Origin: Bacilli bacterium
GTDB taxonomy: Bacteria > Bacillota_I > Bacilli_A > RFN20 > CAG-826
DNA length: 58,756 nt
Direction: 5' to 3'
Assembly: GCA_024683495.1 (NCBI GenBank)
Contig: JAIKYF010000071.1
Span: 1-58,756, forward strand
Below are positions 9,659 to 17,178 of this stretch, piece after piece (positions within the stretch are counted from its first letter, which is position 1; every line of letters begins with the position of its first letter). A model generated the notes under the pieces. It did not search any database. It was not told the DNA's origin and was given only the letters and a program-made list of their open reading frames with translations. A program made the position numbers and the translations under genes.

Positions 9659-9830
9659 ATCTATAGTTTAACATTGATTTATTTATTTTTAAATAAACTA
9701 GGACAAATATTAAATATTTAGAAAAAAGCAAGTAATTATCGATAGATTAAAAATATTATAAAATCATTTAAGCATGTCACTACCTAAAGTCCTCAAAAAA
9801 TGGTAAATTATTGTTACGAGGTAAATAACA

Positions 9831-10187
9831 ATGAAAGAATTCGAATTCTACCATGACGTTAATGGAAACGTCGTCGCCTTACTTGCTGAAGGCAAAGCCC
9901 CTCTTGGCATGACCAAGATCGAACCAAAGGCTGCTGATGTCGGACAAGAAAAGCACATCCCAGTCGTCAAACACGAAGGCGGCGTCTTGAAGACCATCTG
10001 TGGTGAAGTCCCCCACCCCATGACCCCAGAACACCACATCTCCTGGTTTGCCGTCGCTAGCGAAGACAAGATCAGCTTCGTCTATATCCCAACCGATGGA
10101 CCAGCCGAAGCCTGCTTCCCAGAAGTCGAGCACGGAGTTGCCTATAGCTATTGCAACCTCCATGGTCTCTGGAAGAAAGAATTCTAG
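9831..10187 (+). CDS. Superoxide reductase (1Fe neelaredoxin/desulfoferrodoxin ferrous-iron domain)
   Basis: Iron-ligand motifs EKHIPVV, HPMTPEHHISW and YCNLHGLW are in the canonical order. The protein is 118 aa. Confidence 0.85.
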   Translation: MKEFEFYHDVNGNVVALLAEGKAPLGMTKIEPKAADVGQEKHIPVVKHEGGVLKTICGEVPHPMTPEHHISWFAVASEDKISFVYIPTDGPAEACFPEVEHGVAYSYCNLHGLWKKEF

Positions 10188-10209
10188 TTTTATAAAAAGA
10201 AGAAAAATT

Positions 10210-10238
10210 GTCTCTGTTTTACGACGGGGACTTTTTTT
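10210..10238 (+). terminator. Possible weak terminator after the superoxide reductase gene
   Basis: A GTCTC ... GGGAC stem (one G-U pair) is followed by TTTTTTT. Confidence 0.35.
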
Positions 10239-10266
10239 AACTTTGTTATCTTCCTAAAATAAAAGT

Positions 10267-11523
10267 ATGAAAGCATTGGTACTTTGCGGCGGAGGATCAT
10301 TAGGCATTTATGAGATAGGTGCTTGGAAATACCTCGAAGAAAGAGGAGAGCATTTCGATATCATCACCGGCTCCTCCATCGGTGCCCTCAATGGAGCCTT
10401 GCTTCTTTCGTCTAACTTAGAAGAAGCCATTGATTTATGGAACAAGATCACGGCCGAGGAAGTCATGGTCGATGGCTTCAATATGTATAAAGGGATGTTC
10501 GCCGACATCAAGAATGGCTCTTTGAAGAAAGCCCCGCAATTCATGAAGATCTATCTTAAGAATAGAGGGGCCGACATCACTCCATTCAAAAACCTCCTTA
10601 AGAAGTACATCAAACCCAAAATCATCGTCAAAAACCCCATAAAATTAGGAATCGTCACCACTTTATACAAGGGGCAAAAAGAAGTTAGAGTCCTTCTTAA
10701 TGAAGAGCCAGAAAAGAGAATCATCGATTGGCTTCTTGCCTCCAGCGCCTGCTTCCCGATTTTCCCCATGTATAAAATCGGCAAGGAAACCTATGTCGAT
10801 GGAGGATATAGCAATAACCTCCCCATCGACTACGCGATCGAGCTGGGAGCCGATGAAATCGTCGCCATCCCTCTGCCCGCCTTCCCGAAAGTCCCACAGC
10901 ATTCTGAAAGAATGAAACTTCCTTTCGTTAAGGCGATTAGGCCATCTCATCCAATGGGATTTTTGATGAACTTTGATAGAAAGACCCTCGATCAGAACTA
11001 TTTGATGGGTTATTTAGATGCAAGAAGAGCCTATGGTGAGACCTATGGGAATATCTTCTATTTCAAGAAAGACCCTAAACTAGATTCTTTAGCAGAGAAG
11101 TTCGTCTATGCAATCGCAAAAACTGATATAAATAACTATCAAAGAATCTCCGATTTCCTCGTTTTCAATGGCAAAAAGCCTATATCTTCCATGGATATGT
11201 TCATTCGAACCCTCGAGGAATTAGGCTCTTGGATTGATATCGATTTCTTAAAAGAATATGAACTCCAAGACTTCTTGACCGCCTGCCACGAGAAGATTCT
11301 GAAACTAAAGAAAGATAAATATTATCAGACTTTTGCTAAACGTCTGCCTCCCGCGAGAATCGTTTATCCTAAAGACCGGTTGGCCGCTTTAGATTATTGC
11401 TACAACCATTATAAGGATGAAAAAATCTCCAAAAGGCATCTTCAAATCAGAAGAGCCTCTCCGGAATCGGAAGCCGTCTACTTCCTCTTCCGGGTCCTGA
11501 GCCAAGAAGGCTACACGGTATAA
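10267..11523 (+). CDS. Patatin-like phospholipase
   Basis: Oxyanion GGGSLG, nucleophile elbow GSSIG (GxSxG) and catalytic DGG (VDGGYSNNLP). Confidence 0.85.
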   Translation: MKALVLCGGGSLGIYEIGAWKYLEERGEHFDIITGSSIGALNGALLLSSNLEEAIDLWNKITAEEVMVDGFNMYKGMFADIKNGSLKKAPQFMKIYLKNRGADITPFKNLLKKYIKPKIIVKNPIKLGIVTTLYKGQKEVRVLLNEEPEKRIIDWLLASSACFPIFPMYKIGKETYVDGGYSNNLPIDYAIELGADEIVAIPLPAFPKVPQHSERMKLPFVKAIRPSHPMGFLMNFDRKTLDQNYLMGYLDARRAYGETYGNIFYFKKDPKLDSLAEKFVYAIAKTDINNYQRISDFLVFNGKKPISSMDMFIRTLEELGSWIDIDFLKEYELQDFLTACHEKILKLKKDKYYQTFAKRLPPARIVYPKDRLAALDYCYNHYKDEKISKRHLQIRRASPESEAVYFLFRVLSQEGYTV

Positions 11524-11524
11524 A

Positions 11525-11555
11525 AAAGGCGCATATCACTGCAATATGCGCCTTT
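11525..11555. terminator. Bidirectional terminator between the patatin gene and gpmA
   Basis: 12-bp stem AAAGGCGCATAT / ATATGCGCCTTT flanked by A/T runs, between convergent genes. Confidence 0.7.
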
Positions 11556-11572
11556 AGTTTAGAGTTTAGCGA

Positions 11573-12283
11573 TTAAAGGTAGTATTTATTGAGGACCTTT
11601 AAGCCGTTCTTTTCGTCTAATTCATAGACGAGTGGTTTGCCAGTTGGGATTTCAACGGCGACGATTTCTTCTGGAGTGAGGTGCTCAAGTTCCATGACGA
11701 GGGCTCTGAGGCTGTTGCCATGAGCGGCGATGAGTACTTTTCTGCCAGCCTTGATGGCGGGAGCGATCTTCTCGTCGAAATAGGGCTTAACACGTTTGGC
11801 GGTGTCGATAAGGCATTCGGTTAAGGGGAGATCGGCCTCGGTCATTTCGCCATTCTTGATCAATTCCTGATATTTTTCCTGATTGCCAGGGAAACGAGGA
11901 TCGGTTTTTTCGAGGGCGAGAGGTGGAACATCGGCAGAACGTCTCCAAAGATGGACTTGTTCATCGCCCCATTTGACGGCGGATTCGGCTTTGTTTAAGC
12001 CTTGGAGAGCACCGTAATGTCTTTCGTTAAGTCTCCAAGTATAATGCTTCTCGATGTCGCTTTCGCCAAGTTCGGCAAGGGCGAAATCCATCGTTTTGTT
12101 GGCTCTCTTTAAGACGCTGGAGAAAGCTAAATCGAAGGTGTAGCCTTTCTCTTTGAGAAGCTTGCCGGCGGCATGAGCTTCCTTAACGCCGTTCTCGGAG
12201 AGATCAACGTCGGTCCAACCGGTGAAGAGGTTCGAAAGATTCCATTCCGATTGGCCATGTCTAATCAACACTAATTTAACCAT
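11573..12283 (-). CDS. gpmA: 2,3-bisphosphoglycerate-dependent phosphoglycerate mutase
   Basis: Start chosen at MVKLVLIRHGQSEWN, the RHG catalytic motif at the canonical N-terminal position, with an AGGAAA RBS. The ORF-track start at 12325 adds 14 unlikely residues. Confidence 0.9.
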   Translation of the reverse strand: MVKLVLIRHGQSEWNLSNLFTGWTDVDLSENGVKEAHAAGKLLKEKGYTFDLAFSSVLKRANKTMDFALAELGESDIEKHYTWRLNERHYGALQGLNKAESAVKWGDEQVHLWRRSADVPPLALEKTDPRFPGNQEKYQELIKNGEMTEADLPLTECLIDTAKRVKPYFDEKIAPAIKAGRKVLIAAHGNSLRALVMELEHLTPEEIVAVEIPTGKPLVYELDEKNGLKVLNKYYL

Positions 12284-12412
12284 GATTAATTTCCTTTCAA
12301 TGTTGTCCCCTCTATTATAAATCAAGGAATGAAATTAAAAAGCCAAACAAGAAAGAATTTTTCTTGTCTTATCCTTGATAAAAGTTCTAGGCGAGGCGAA
12401 AATACAAGGGCT

Positions 12413-12826
12413 ATGAAAAAACTTTATATTGATTCCACCGCTAGAGACCTCTTAGTCGCTAGGCAATTAAAAGAGGTCCTCACCAAGATTGATATCGATG
12501 CCGAAGTCAATTCTTTGGAAGACCAATTCTCGGGAGTGATCCTTCTTTTATTCACTAAAGACACGGTTAAAGAAGAGATGTTCAGGGAATTCAGTTGGCT
12601 GACTAGCGAATTCGATTTCTCTAAGGTTAAGAATCTTCGGGTCTTATGTTTCCTTGCTTATCATTCAAAAGAAAGAAAGGCCGAAGACCTCTTTGAGGAA
12701 GTCGTTTCCCCTGTCTATGAGGATTATTTCTCGGAAGAATTCAAACCTTACGCCTTTGATTTCGATAACGAGGAGCCGTCCTTGGAAGAATTGCAAGAGA
12801 TCCTCTTTGAAGGCTACTCCCTCTAG
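12413..12826 (+). CDS. Small cytoplasmic protein of unknown function with an alternating beta/alpha (flavodoxin/TIR-like) pattern
   Basis: 137 aa from MKKLYIDST. The segments GVILLLFTKDTVKEEMFREFSWLTSEF and RVLCFLAYH resemble TIR beta-C/alpha-C and beta-D regions. The start is uncertain: the ORF-track ATG at 12329 lies only 46 nt from the gpmA start. Confidence 0.5.
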   Translation: MKKLYIDSTARDLLVARQLKEVLTKIDIDAEVNSLEDQFSGVILLLFTKDTVKEEMFREFSWLTSEFDFSKVKNLRVLCFLAYHSKERKAEDLFEEVVSPVYEDYFSEEFKPYAFDFDNEEPSLEELQEILFEGYSL

Positions 12827-12847
12827 GCATCTATATATTTCAAAATT

Positions 12848-12877
12848 GCGTGCAAATCCCGCACGCTTTTTATTTTT
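12848..12877 (+). terminator. Rho-independent terminator after the small 12413-12826 gene
   Basis: GCGTGC aaatccc GCACGC followed by TTTTTATTTTT. It contains the recurring GTGCAAATCCCGC motif. Confidence 0.7.
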
Positions 12878-12952
12878 AGGCCACTTACAAACTTTTCTTA
12901 CTTTGTCTTTTTCAACATCAGATAAATTTACTCTACCAAAAGGTAGAAAAAA

Positions 12953-13897
12953 TTGTTATTATTACATATACGAGGAAAAATCATACTCACAAGCATTCCA
13001 AAAGATAGGCTAAAAGCCGTACTCTATCTAAAAGATTTGTTAGTTGAGAAGAGAATCTATGACCTTCCAGGACCCATAGATTTATCTTTCGAGGGAACAA
13101 GCCCTTTCGTGATGAATCTATTAGAAGAGCTCCCAGCCTCTATCTATGTTGGTAAAACTCTCTCCATCTATCTTGAAGATGAAAGCGAGGTCCTCTGGGA
13201 TAAGGCCAAGTCGATGGAATATCTAGAAACGTTGGGTCTGGTCCGCTTCGAAAAACTCTCGAAGATGGGAATGGCTGAACCGAAAGGGACTGTGATCAAG
13301 GTTAATGACGAACTGGGAAAAAGCCTTGAATATAGTGATGAAGAGTATGAGAACTTCTACCGGGAAATCCTCCATTTCTCCAACATCTTCAACGCCTTCG
13401 ACAATCTCGATGTCGTTGAGGGATATAAGCCTCTAAAAGATCTGGTGGCAGAGAAAAATGATCCAGGTTGCTTCACTTGGAAATATTATCTCCCCTATCT
13501 CTCCATCTATGCGAAAGCCAAATATATCGGCTTGGAACTCGATGGCTCGACCTTAAGCAAGATAGTAATAAACCCGACAATCCGTTCCTTCGTTGGGCTC
13601 GATACTAATCCCATTAGACATGAGGATTTCTATCTCGCCTTAAAGGGCTTATATAAAATGAAGGGGGATTTGCTTACAAAAACGGCCTCGCTTGAACATG
13701 ATATGTGGATCATCCGATCCATCTCCAAGCTCGGCTATCTAGAGAGCAAGAAGCATCTATATGTCCCGTTTGAGGAATTACCGCTAAGCGAAGATCCATC
13801 ATTGGCGGTAACCTACAATAACGACATCATCAAATACGATTATTTTGGGGTCTTGTGCCTCAACTTATATGCCACCAAAGGGGGTCAAAATGAATAA
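12953..13897 (+). CDS. Hypothetical protein, first gene of the candidate system operon
   Basis: 314-aa ORF with a TTG start in the track. The first in-frame ATG is about 45 codons in. I recognised no motif. Its stop overlaps the next gene's start by 8 nt. Confidence 0.55.
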   Translation: MLLLHIRGKIILTSIPKDRLKAVLYLKDLLVEKRIYDLPGPIDLSFEGTSPFVMNLLEELPASIYVGKTLSIYLEDESEVLWDKAKSMEYLETLGLVRFEKLSKMGMAEPKGTVIKVNDELGKSLEYSDEEYENFYREILHFSNIFNAFDNLDVVEGYKPLKDLVAEKNDPGCFTWKYYLPYLSIYAKAKYIGLELDGSTLSKIVINPTIRSFVGLDTNPIRHEDFYLALKGLYKMKGDLLTKTASLEHDMWIIRSISKLGYLESKKHLYVPFEELPLSEDPSLAVTYNNDIIKYDYFGVLCLNLYATKGGQNE

Positions 13898-14795
13898 AAA
13901 ATTAGAAGAATTCGAAATCTATAAAACCGCATCTTCTCTCGTCGATGACGGTTTGAAGAAATTACTCGAAAAATGGCAGATCATTTCCGAGAGACGGGCA
14001 ACTAGCGAAGGCGTTCCTCTTTTGCCAAACATCTTCTTGGAGTGCTCCAATGCCTTTGAGATTCAAGAATTTGTGACCAATTTGGGAGTCTTCCTCTCTG
14101 AGCAGAGAATCATGGACTTCGATGGGAAAGCTTTATCCTATTACTACGTCCTCGATTATTCGCGTTCCTCTAAAGAGAATTCCAAAGACATCGAAACTAT
14201 GGAAAGCCTCACTTTCCCGGGCTTCACCCATTTCTACACCGTCATCAAAGAGCAACTGACGAGATTCGGTAAGCCATATAGAGGCGTCTTAGCCATCGAT
14301 ATCACCGATTGGATCGAGGGAAGGCATTATGACGAAATAAAATTCCACGATTTCTTGGCTTTCATGCACGATAACGATGAATGCACGTTGGCGGTTTTCA
14401 TCTCCAAGTGCCGCGATGCCTCGAAGAACAGCGACGCCTTCAAGGAAATCGCCGCGACTTCGAGATTGATTCGCATCAAAGCCGATCATGCCGATGTCTC
14501 CTTGTTCCTCAATCAATTCAAGGAGCTCATCCACGAAAAGGGACTTGAGCTCGATAAAGAGAGCGAGAAAGTCATCACCGAGACAATCGTGGCCGTCAGC
14601 GAGAACAAATACGTGGACATCCACCACTTCCTCAGTGAATTATCGGTCGATTTAGCCTATAACAAATTCATCGATTCCGCCGATGACAAAGTCATCCATG
14701 GCGATGAGGTCGACTACTATAAGAAAGATGGGGAATTCGTCTCCGCTTACTTATCTAGCGGCAATTACGGCTACGGATTTAAGGGGGCCAGATAA
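13890..14795 (+). CDS. Degenerate AAA+ (SpoVK/CbbX/EccA-like) protein lacking canonical Walker motifs
   Basis: Start at MNKKLEEF with a GGGGG RBS. The layout resembles SpoVK-type AAA+ proteins: LPNIFLECSNAFE sits where GxxGxGKT is expected, GVLAIDITDW where GVLFIDEA is expected, and TLAVFIS and SRLIRIKADHADVSLF where sensor regions are expected. Confidence 0.4.
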   Translation: MNKKLEEFEIYKTASSLVDDGLKKLLEKWQIISERRATSEGVPLLPNIFLECSNAFEIQEFVTNLGVFLSEQRIMDFDGKALSYYYVLDYSRSSKENSKDIETMESLTFPGFTHFYTVIKEQLTRFGKPYRGVLAIDITDWIEGRHYDEIKFHDFLAFMHDNDECTLAVFISKCRDASKNSDAFKEIAATSRLIRIKADHADVSLFLNQFKELIHEKGLELDKESEKVITETIVAVSENKYVDIHHFLSELSVDLAYNKFIDSADDKVIHGDEVDYYKKDGEFVSAYLSSGNYGYGFKGAR

Positions 14796-14797
14796 CT

Positions 14798-16516
14798 ATG
14801 AACTCAAGCAGATACAAAAGATATATCGGCGAGCACGCCTTCGACAATGACTATCTCAGCGAAGCCGAAATCAAAAGCGTCCTCAGCGAATTCAATACAC
14901 TCAATCCTAAGCCCGGTGTCTTAGCGGGTTTGCCACTCTTATCCGATGGGAAGACGATGTATTTGGATAATGCCGACTACCATACCTTGATTTTGGGCGC
15001 CACCGGTTCCATGAAGACCCGTCTATTCGTCATGCCTGGCGTCCATGCCTTAGGGCAGGCGGGAGAGAACATGGTCATCACCGATCCTAAGGGTGAGATT
15101 TATGAGAGGACTTCCGGCTTCTTGAAATCCCAAGGATACGACATCAAAGTCCTCAATTTCCGTGACACCGACCACACTGATTACTGGAATCCTCTATATG
15201 AGGCGGCCAAATATTATCGGGAAGGCAATAGCCAAGATAAGGATTTTGCCATCGGAATGGTCTCTGATTTAGTCCAGATATTAGCCGCCCCGTTCAAGGG
15301 CCCCAAGGGCGATCCCTATTGGATGGAAATGGCCACCAATTACACGATGGCCTGCATCCTTATGGAATTCGTCTTATGCAAAGACATCAACAAGATCTCT
15401 CTTCGCAGCGTCGATAGTTTCATCAACGCCGCGGCGGAAGATGAAAGCTATGATGATGACGATGAGATAGATATCAAACGTCTATTCTCCATCATCCCCC
15501 CGACTCACGTCATCTCCTCCAAGGGACGCGCGACCGTCAATACGGCCAGAGTCACAAAGCAAGGCATCGTCGTCACCGCCAAGAGCTTGACCAACATGTT
15601 CACCAACTCAATCGGCATCTCAAGAATGACGACTCTTAACACGATCAATATCCACGACTTCTCATCCAAAGATAAAAAGACCGCTTTATTCGTCATCGTT
15701 CCCGATGAGAAGACCTCCACCCACTCTTTGGCGGCCTTATTCGTCAAGCAAGTCTACGAAACCTTGGTCAGAGACGCTCAGAAATTAGAAGGCTTCCGCC
15801 TCCCAAGAAGACTCAACTTCATCTTGGACGAATTCGCGAATATGCCAGAGATCGCCGATATGGGCTCTATGATTTCCGCGGCTCGTTCCCGTAACATCCG
15901 TTTCAATATTGTCATTCAGAATAACTCCCAATTGGTCTCCAACTATGGCTTAGAGAAAGCCGAGACCATCAAGAGCAACTGCTTGAACTGGGTTTATCTT
16001 TCCACCAAAGAGAACGCTCTTCTCGAGCAACTCCAGAAGATGGGTGGCAATAAAGTCACAAGCCGGGGCGAAAAGCCAGTCCTCAATATGGAAGACCTCA
16101 ATGGCTTAAAGAAAGGTTGGGGATACGCCGAAGCCTTACTATTATTAGCAAGAGCCAAACCTCACGTCACCAAAATCACCGACATCGATTCCTATCCCGC
16201 TTATAAGAAGTTAGATGCGGTGCCATTCCCCAAACTCAAAAAGAAATTCGACTTCTACACCTATAGCGACATCTTGAAAGAACACTCCATGAGAGAGCTT
16301 AAGTATCTCTTCGAAAGAGACGTGGCCCTCACCTTGGCAGACCCCGATGATGAAAGCGAGAAGGCAGGGAATAAAACAGAAGAAGTGACCGGGGCCCCAA
16401 ATGATAGACCCGGCGCGAACATCGACGTCAATAAAGATACCGCCTCATCTCCGCTTAAGCCACCATTCGGAGATAATAAGGACGACGATGACGACGACGG
16501 TGGCTTCGATTGGTAA
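14798..16516 (+). CDS. VirD4/TraG/TraD-family (type IV coupling protein-like) ATPase. It is soluble, with no TM anchor and an acidic C-terminal tail.
   Basis: HTLILGATGSMKTRLFVMP...VITDPKGEIYERT (P-loop region), Walker B RLNFILDEFANMPEI and RSRNIRFNIVIQNNSQLVSNYG (TraG-D_C-like). There is no hydrophobic N-terminus. The protein ends in NKDDDDDDGGFDW. Confidence 0.8.
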   Translation: MNSSRYKRYIGEHAFDNDYLSEAEIKSVLSEFNTLNPKPGVLAGLPLLSDGKTMYLDNADYHTLILGATGSMKTRLFVMPGVHALGQAGENMVITDPKGEIYERTSGFLKSQGYDIKVLNFRDTDHTDYWNPLYEAAKYYREGNSQDKDFAIGMVSDLVQILAAPFKGPKGDPYWMEMATNYTMACILMEFVLCKDINKISLRSVDSFINAAAEDESYDDDDEIDIKRLFSIIPPTHVISSKGRATVNTARVTKQGIVVTAKSLTNMFTNSIGISRMTTLNTINIHDFSSKDKKTALFVIVPDEKTSTHSLAALFVKQVYETLVRDAQKLEGFRLPRRLNFILDEFANMPEIADMGSMISAARSRNIRFNIVIQNNSQLVSNYGLEKAETIKSNCLNWVYLSTKENALLEQLQKMGGNKVTSRGEKPVLNMEDLNGLKKGWGYAEALLLLARAKPHVTKITDIDSYPAYKKLDAVPFPKLKKKFDFYTYSDILKEHSMRELKYLFERDVALTLADPDDESEKAGNKTEEVTGAPNDRPGANIDVNKDTASSPLKPPFGDNKDDDDDDGGFDW

Positions 16517-16535
16517 TCAAATAAGGAGAATAACC

Positions 16536-17138
16536 ATGGCTGAAGAAAAAGAAGAAAAGAAAGAACTCAAGATTGACGAAAAGTCCCTTGAACTCTTCCA
16601 AAAAGACAGAAACATCCTCATTCTCGGGGAAATCAACGAGAAAATGGCAATCAATATCCTTCTCAGGCTCCTCTATCTCGATTATGAGAACCCCGATAAG
16701 GAAATCACCATCTACATCCACTCCCCTGGCGGATCGGTTTCGGCCGGCTTAATCATCGTCGATGCGATGCAAAACGTGAGAGCCCCGATTAGAACCGTCG
16801 ATATCGGCATGGCCGCCTCAATGGCCTCGGTCATCTTGGCCTCCGGCTCCAAAGGCAGAAGACAGATCTTCGAGCACGCCAAAGTTTTGATCCATCAGCC
16901 GATGATCGTCATGGGCGGGGAGACTGCCACCAACACGACCCAGGCGAGAAAACTCTATGAGGATATGGCCCATGAGCAAGAAATCCTCGAATCCATCTAT
17001 GCCCTCCACTCCTGTGGAAAATACACTCGCGAAGATTATATGAAGCTCACCGACAAAGGCGACTACACGATGGAAGCCGATGAGGCCATGAAGATGGCCC
17101 TTGTCGATAGCATCATCAAACCTAGAGACATCAAATAA
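16536..17138 (+). CDS. Divergent ClpP-family (S14) serine protease
   Basis: Start at MAEEKEEKK, 7 nt after AAGGAG. Conserved YIHSPGGSVSAG, GMAASMAS (Ser95), LIHQP (His120) and TDKGDYTMEADEA (Asp173/176). The N-terminus is E/K-rich rather than the usual ClpP axial-loop sequence. Confidence 0.85.
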   Translation: MAEEKEEKKELKIDEKSLELFQKDRNILILGEINEKMAINILLRLLYLDYENPDKEITIYIHSPGGSVSAGLIIVDAMQNVRAPIRTVDIGMAASMASVILASGSKGRRQIFEHAKVLIHQPMIVMGGETATNTTQARKLYEDMAHEQEILESIYALHSCGKYTREDYMKLTDKGDYTMEADEAMKMALVDSIIKPRDIK

Positions 17139-17178
17139 CCATTCGTTAAACTGACTATTGTGAAAAGGAGGTTTTCAT

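Noticed and set aside
12654-13013. 119-aa plus-strand ORF bridging the small gene and the operon
   Set aside because: It runs off-frame through the end of the 12413-12826 gene and straight across the terminator hairpin at 12848-12877.
14798-16516. Interpretation of the TraG/VirD4-like gene as part of an ICE or conjugative plasmid
   Set aside because: I could recognise no relaxase, VirB4/VirB6-like gene, pilin, integrase, recombinase or attachment-type repeat anywhere in the window. The flanks are housekeeping genes.
16401-16535. N-terminal 45-codon extension of the ClpP-like ORF
   Set aside because: The extension overlaps the 3' end of the VirD4-like gene in another frame. A strong AAGGAG RBS precedes the internal ATG at 16536, which gives a normal-length ClpP.
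16536-17138. Interpretation of the ClpP-like gene as a prophage prohead protease
   Set aside because: No portal, capsid, terminase or tail gene is nearby. The gene is embedded in an operon with membrane and ATPase genes instead.
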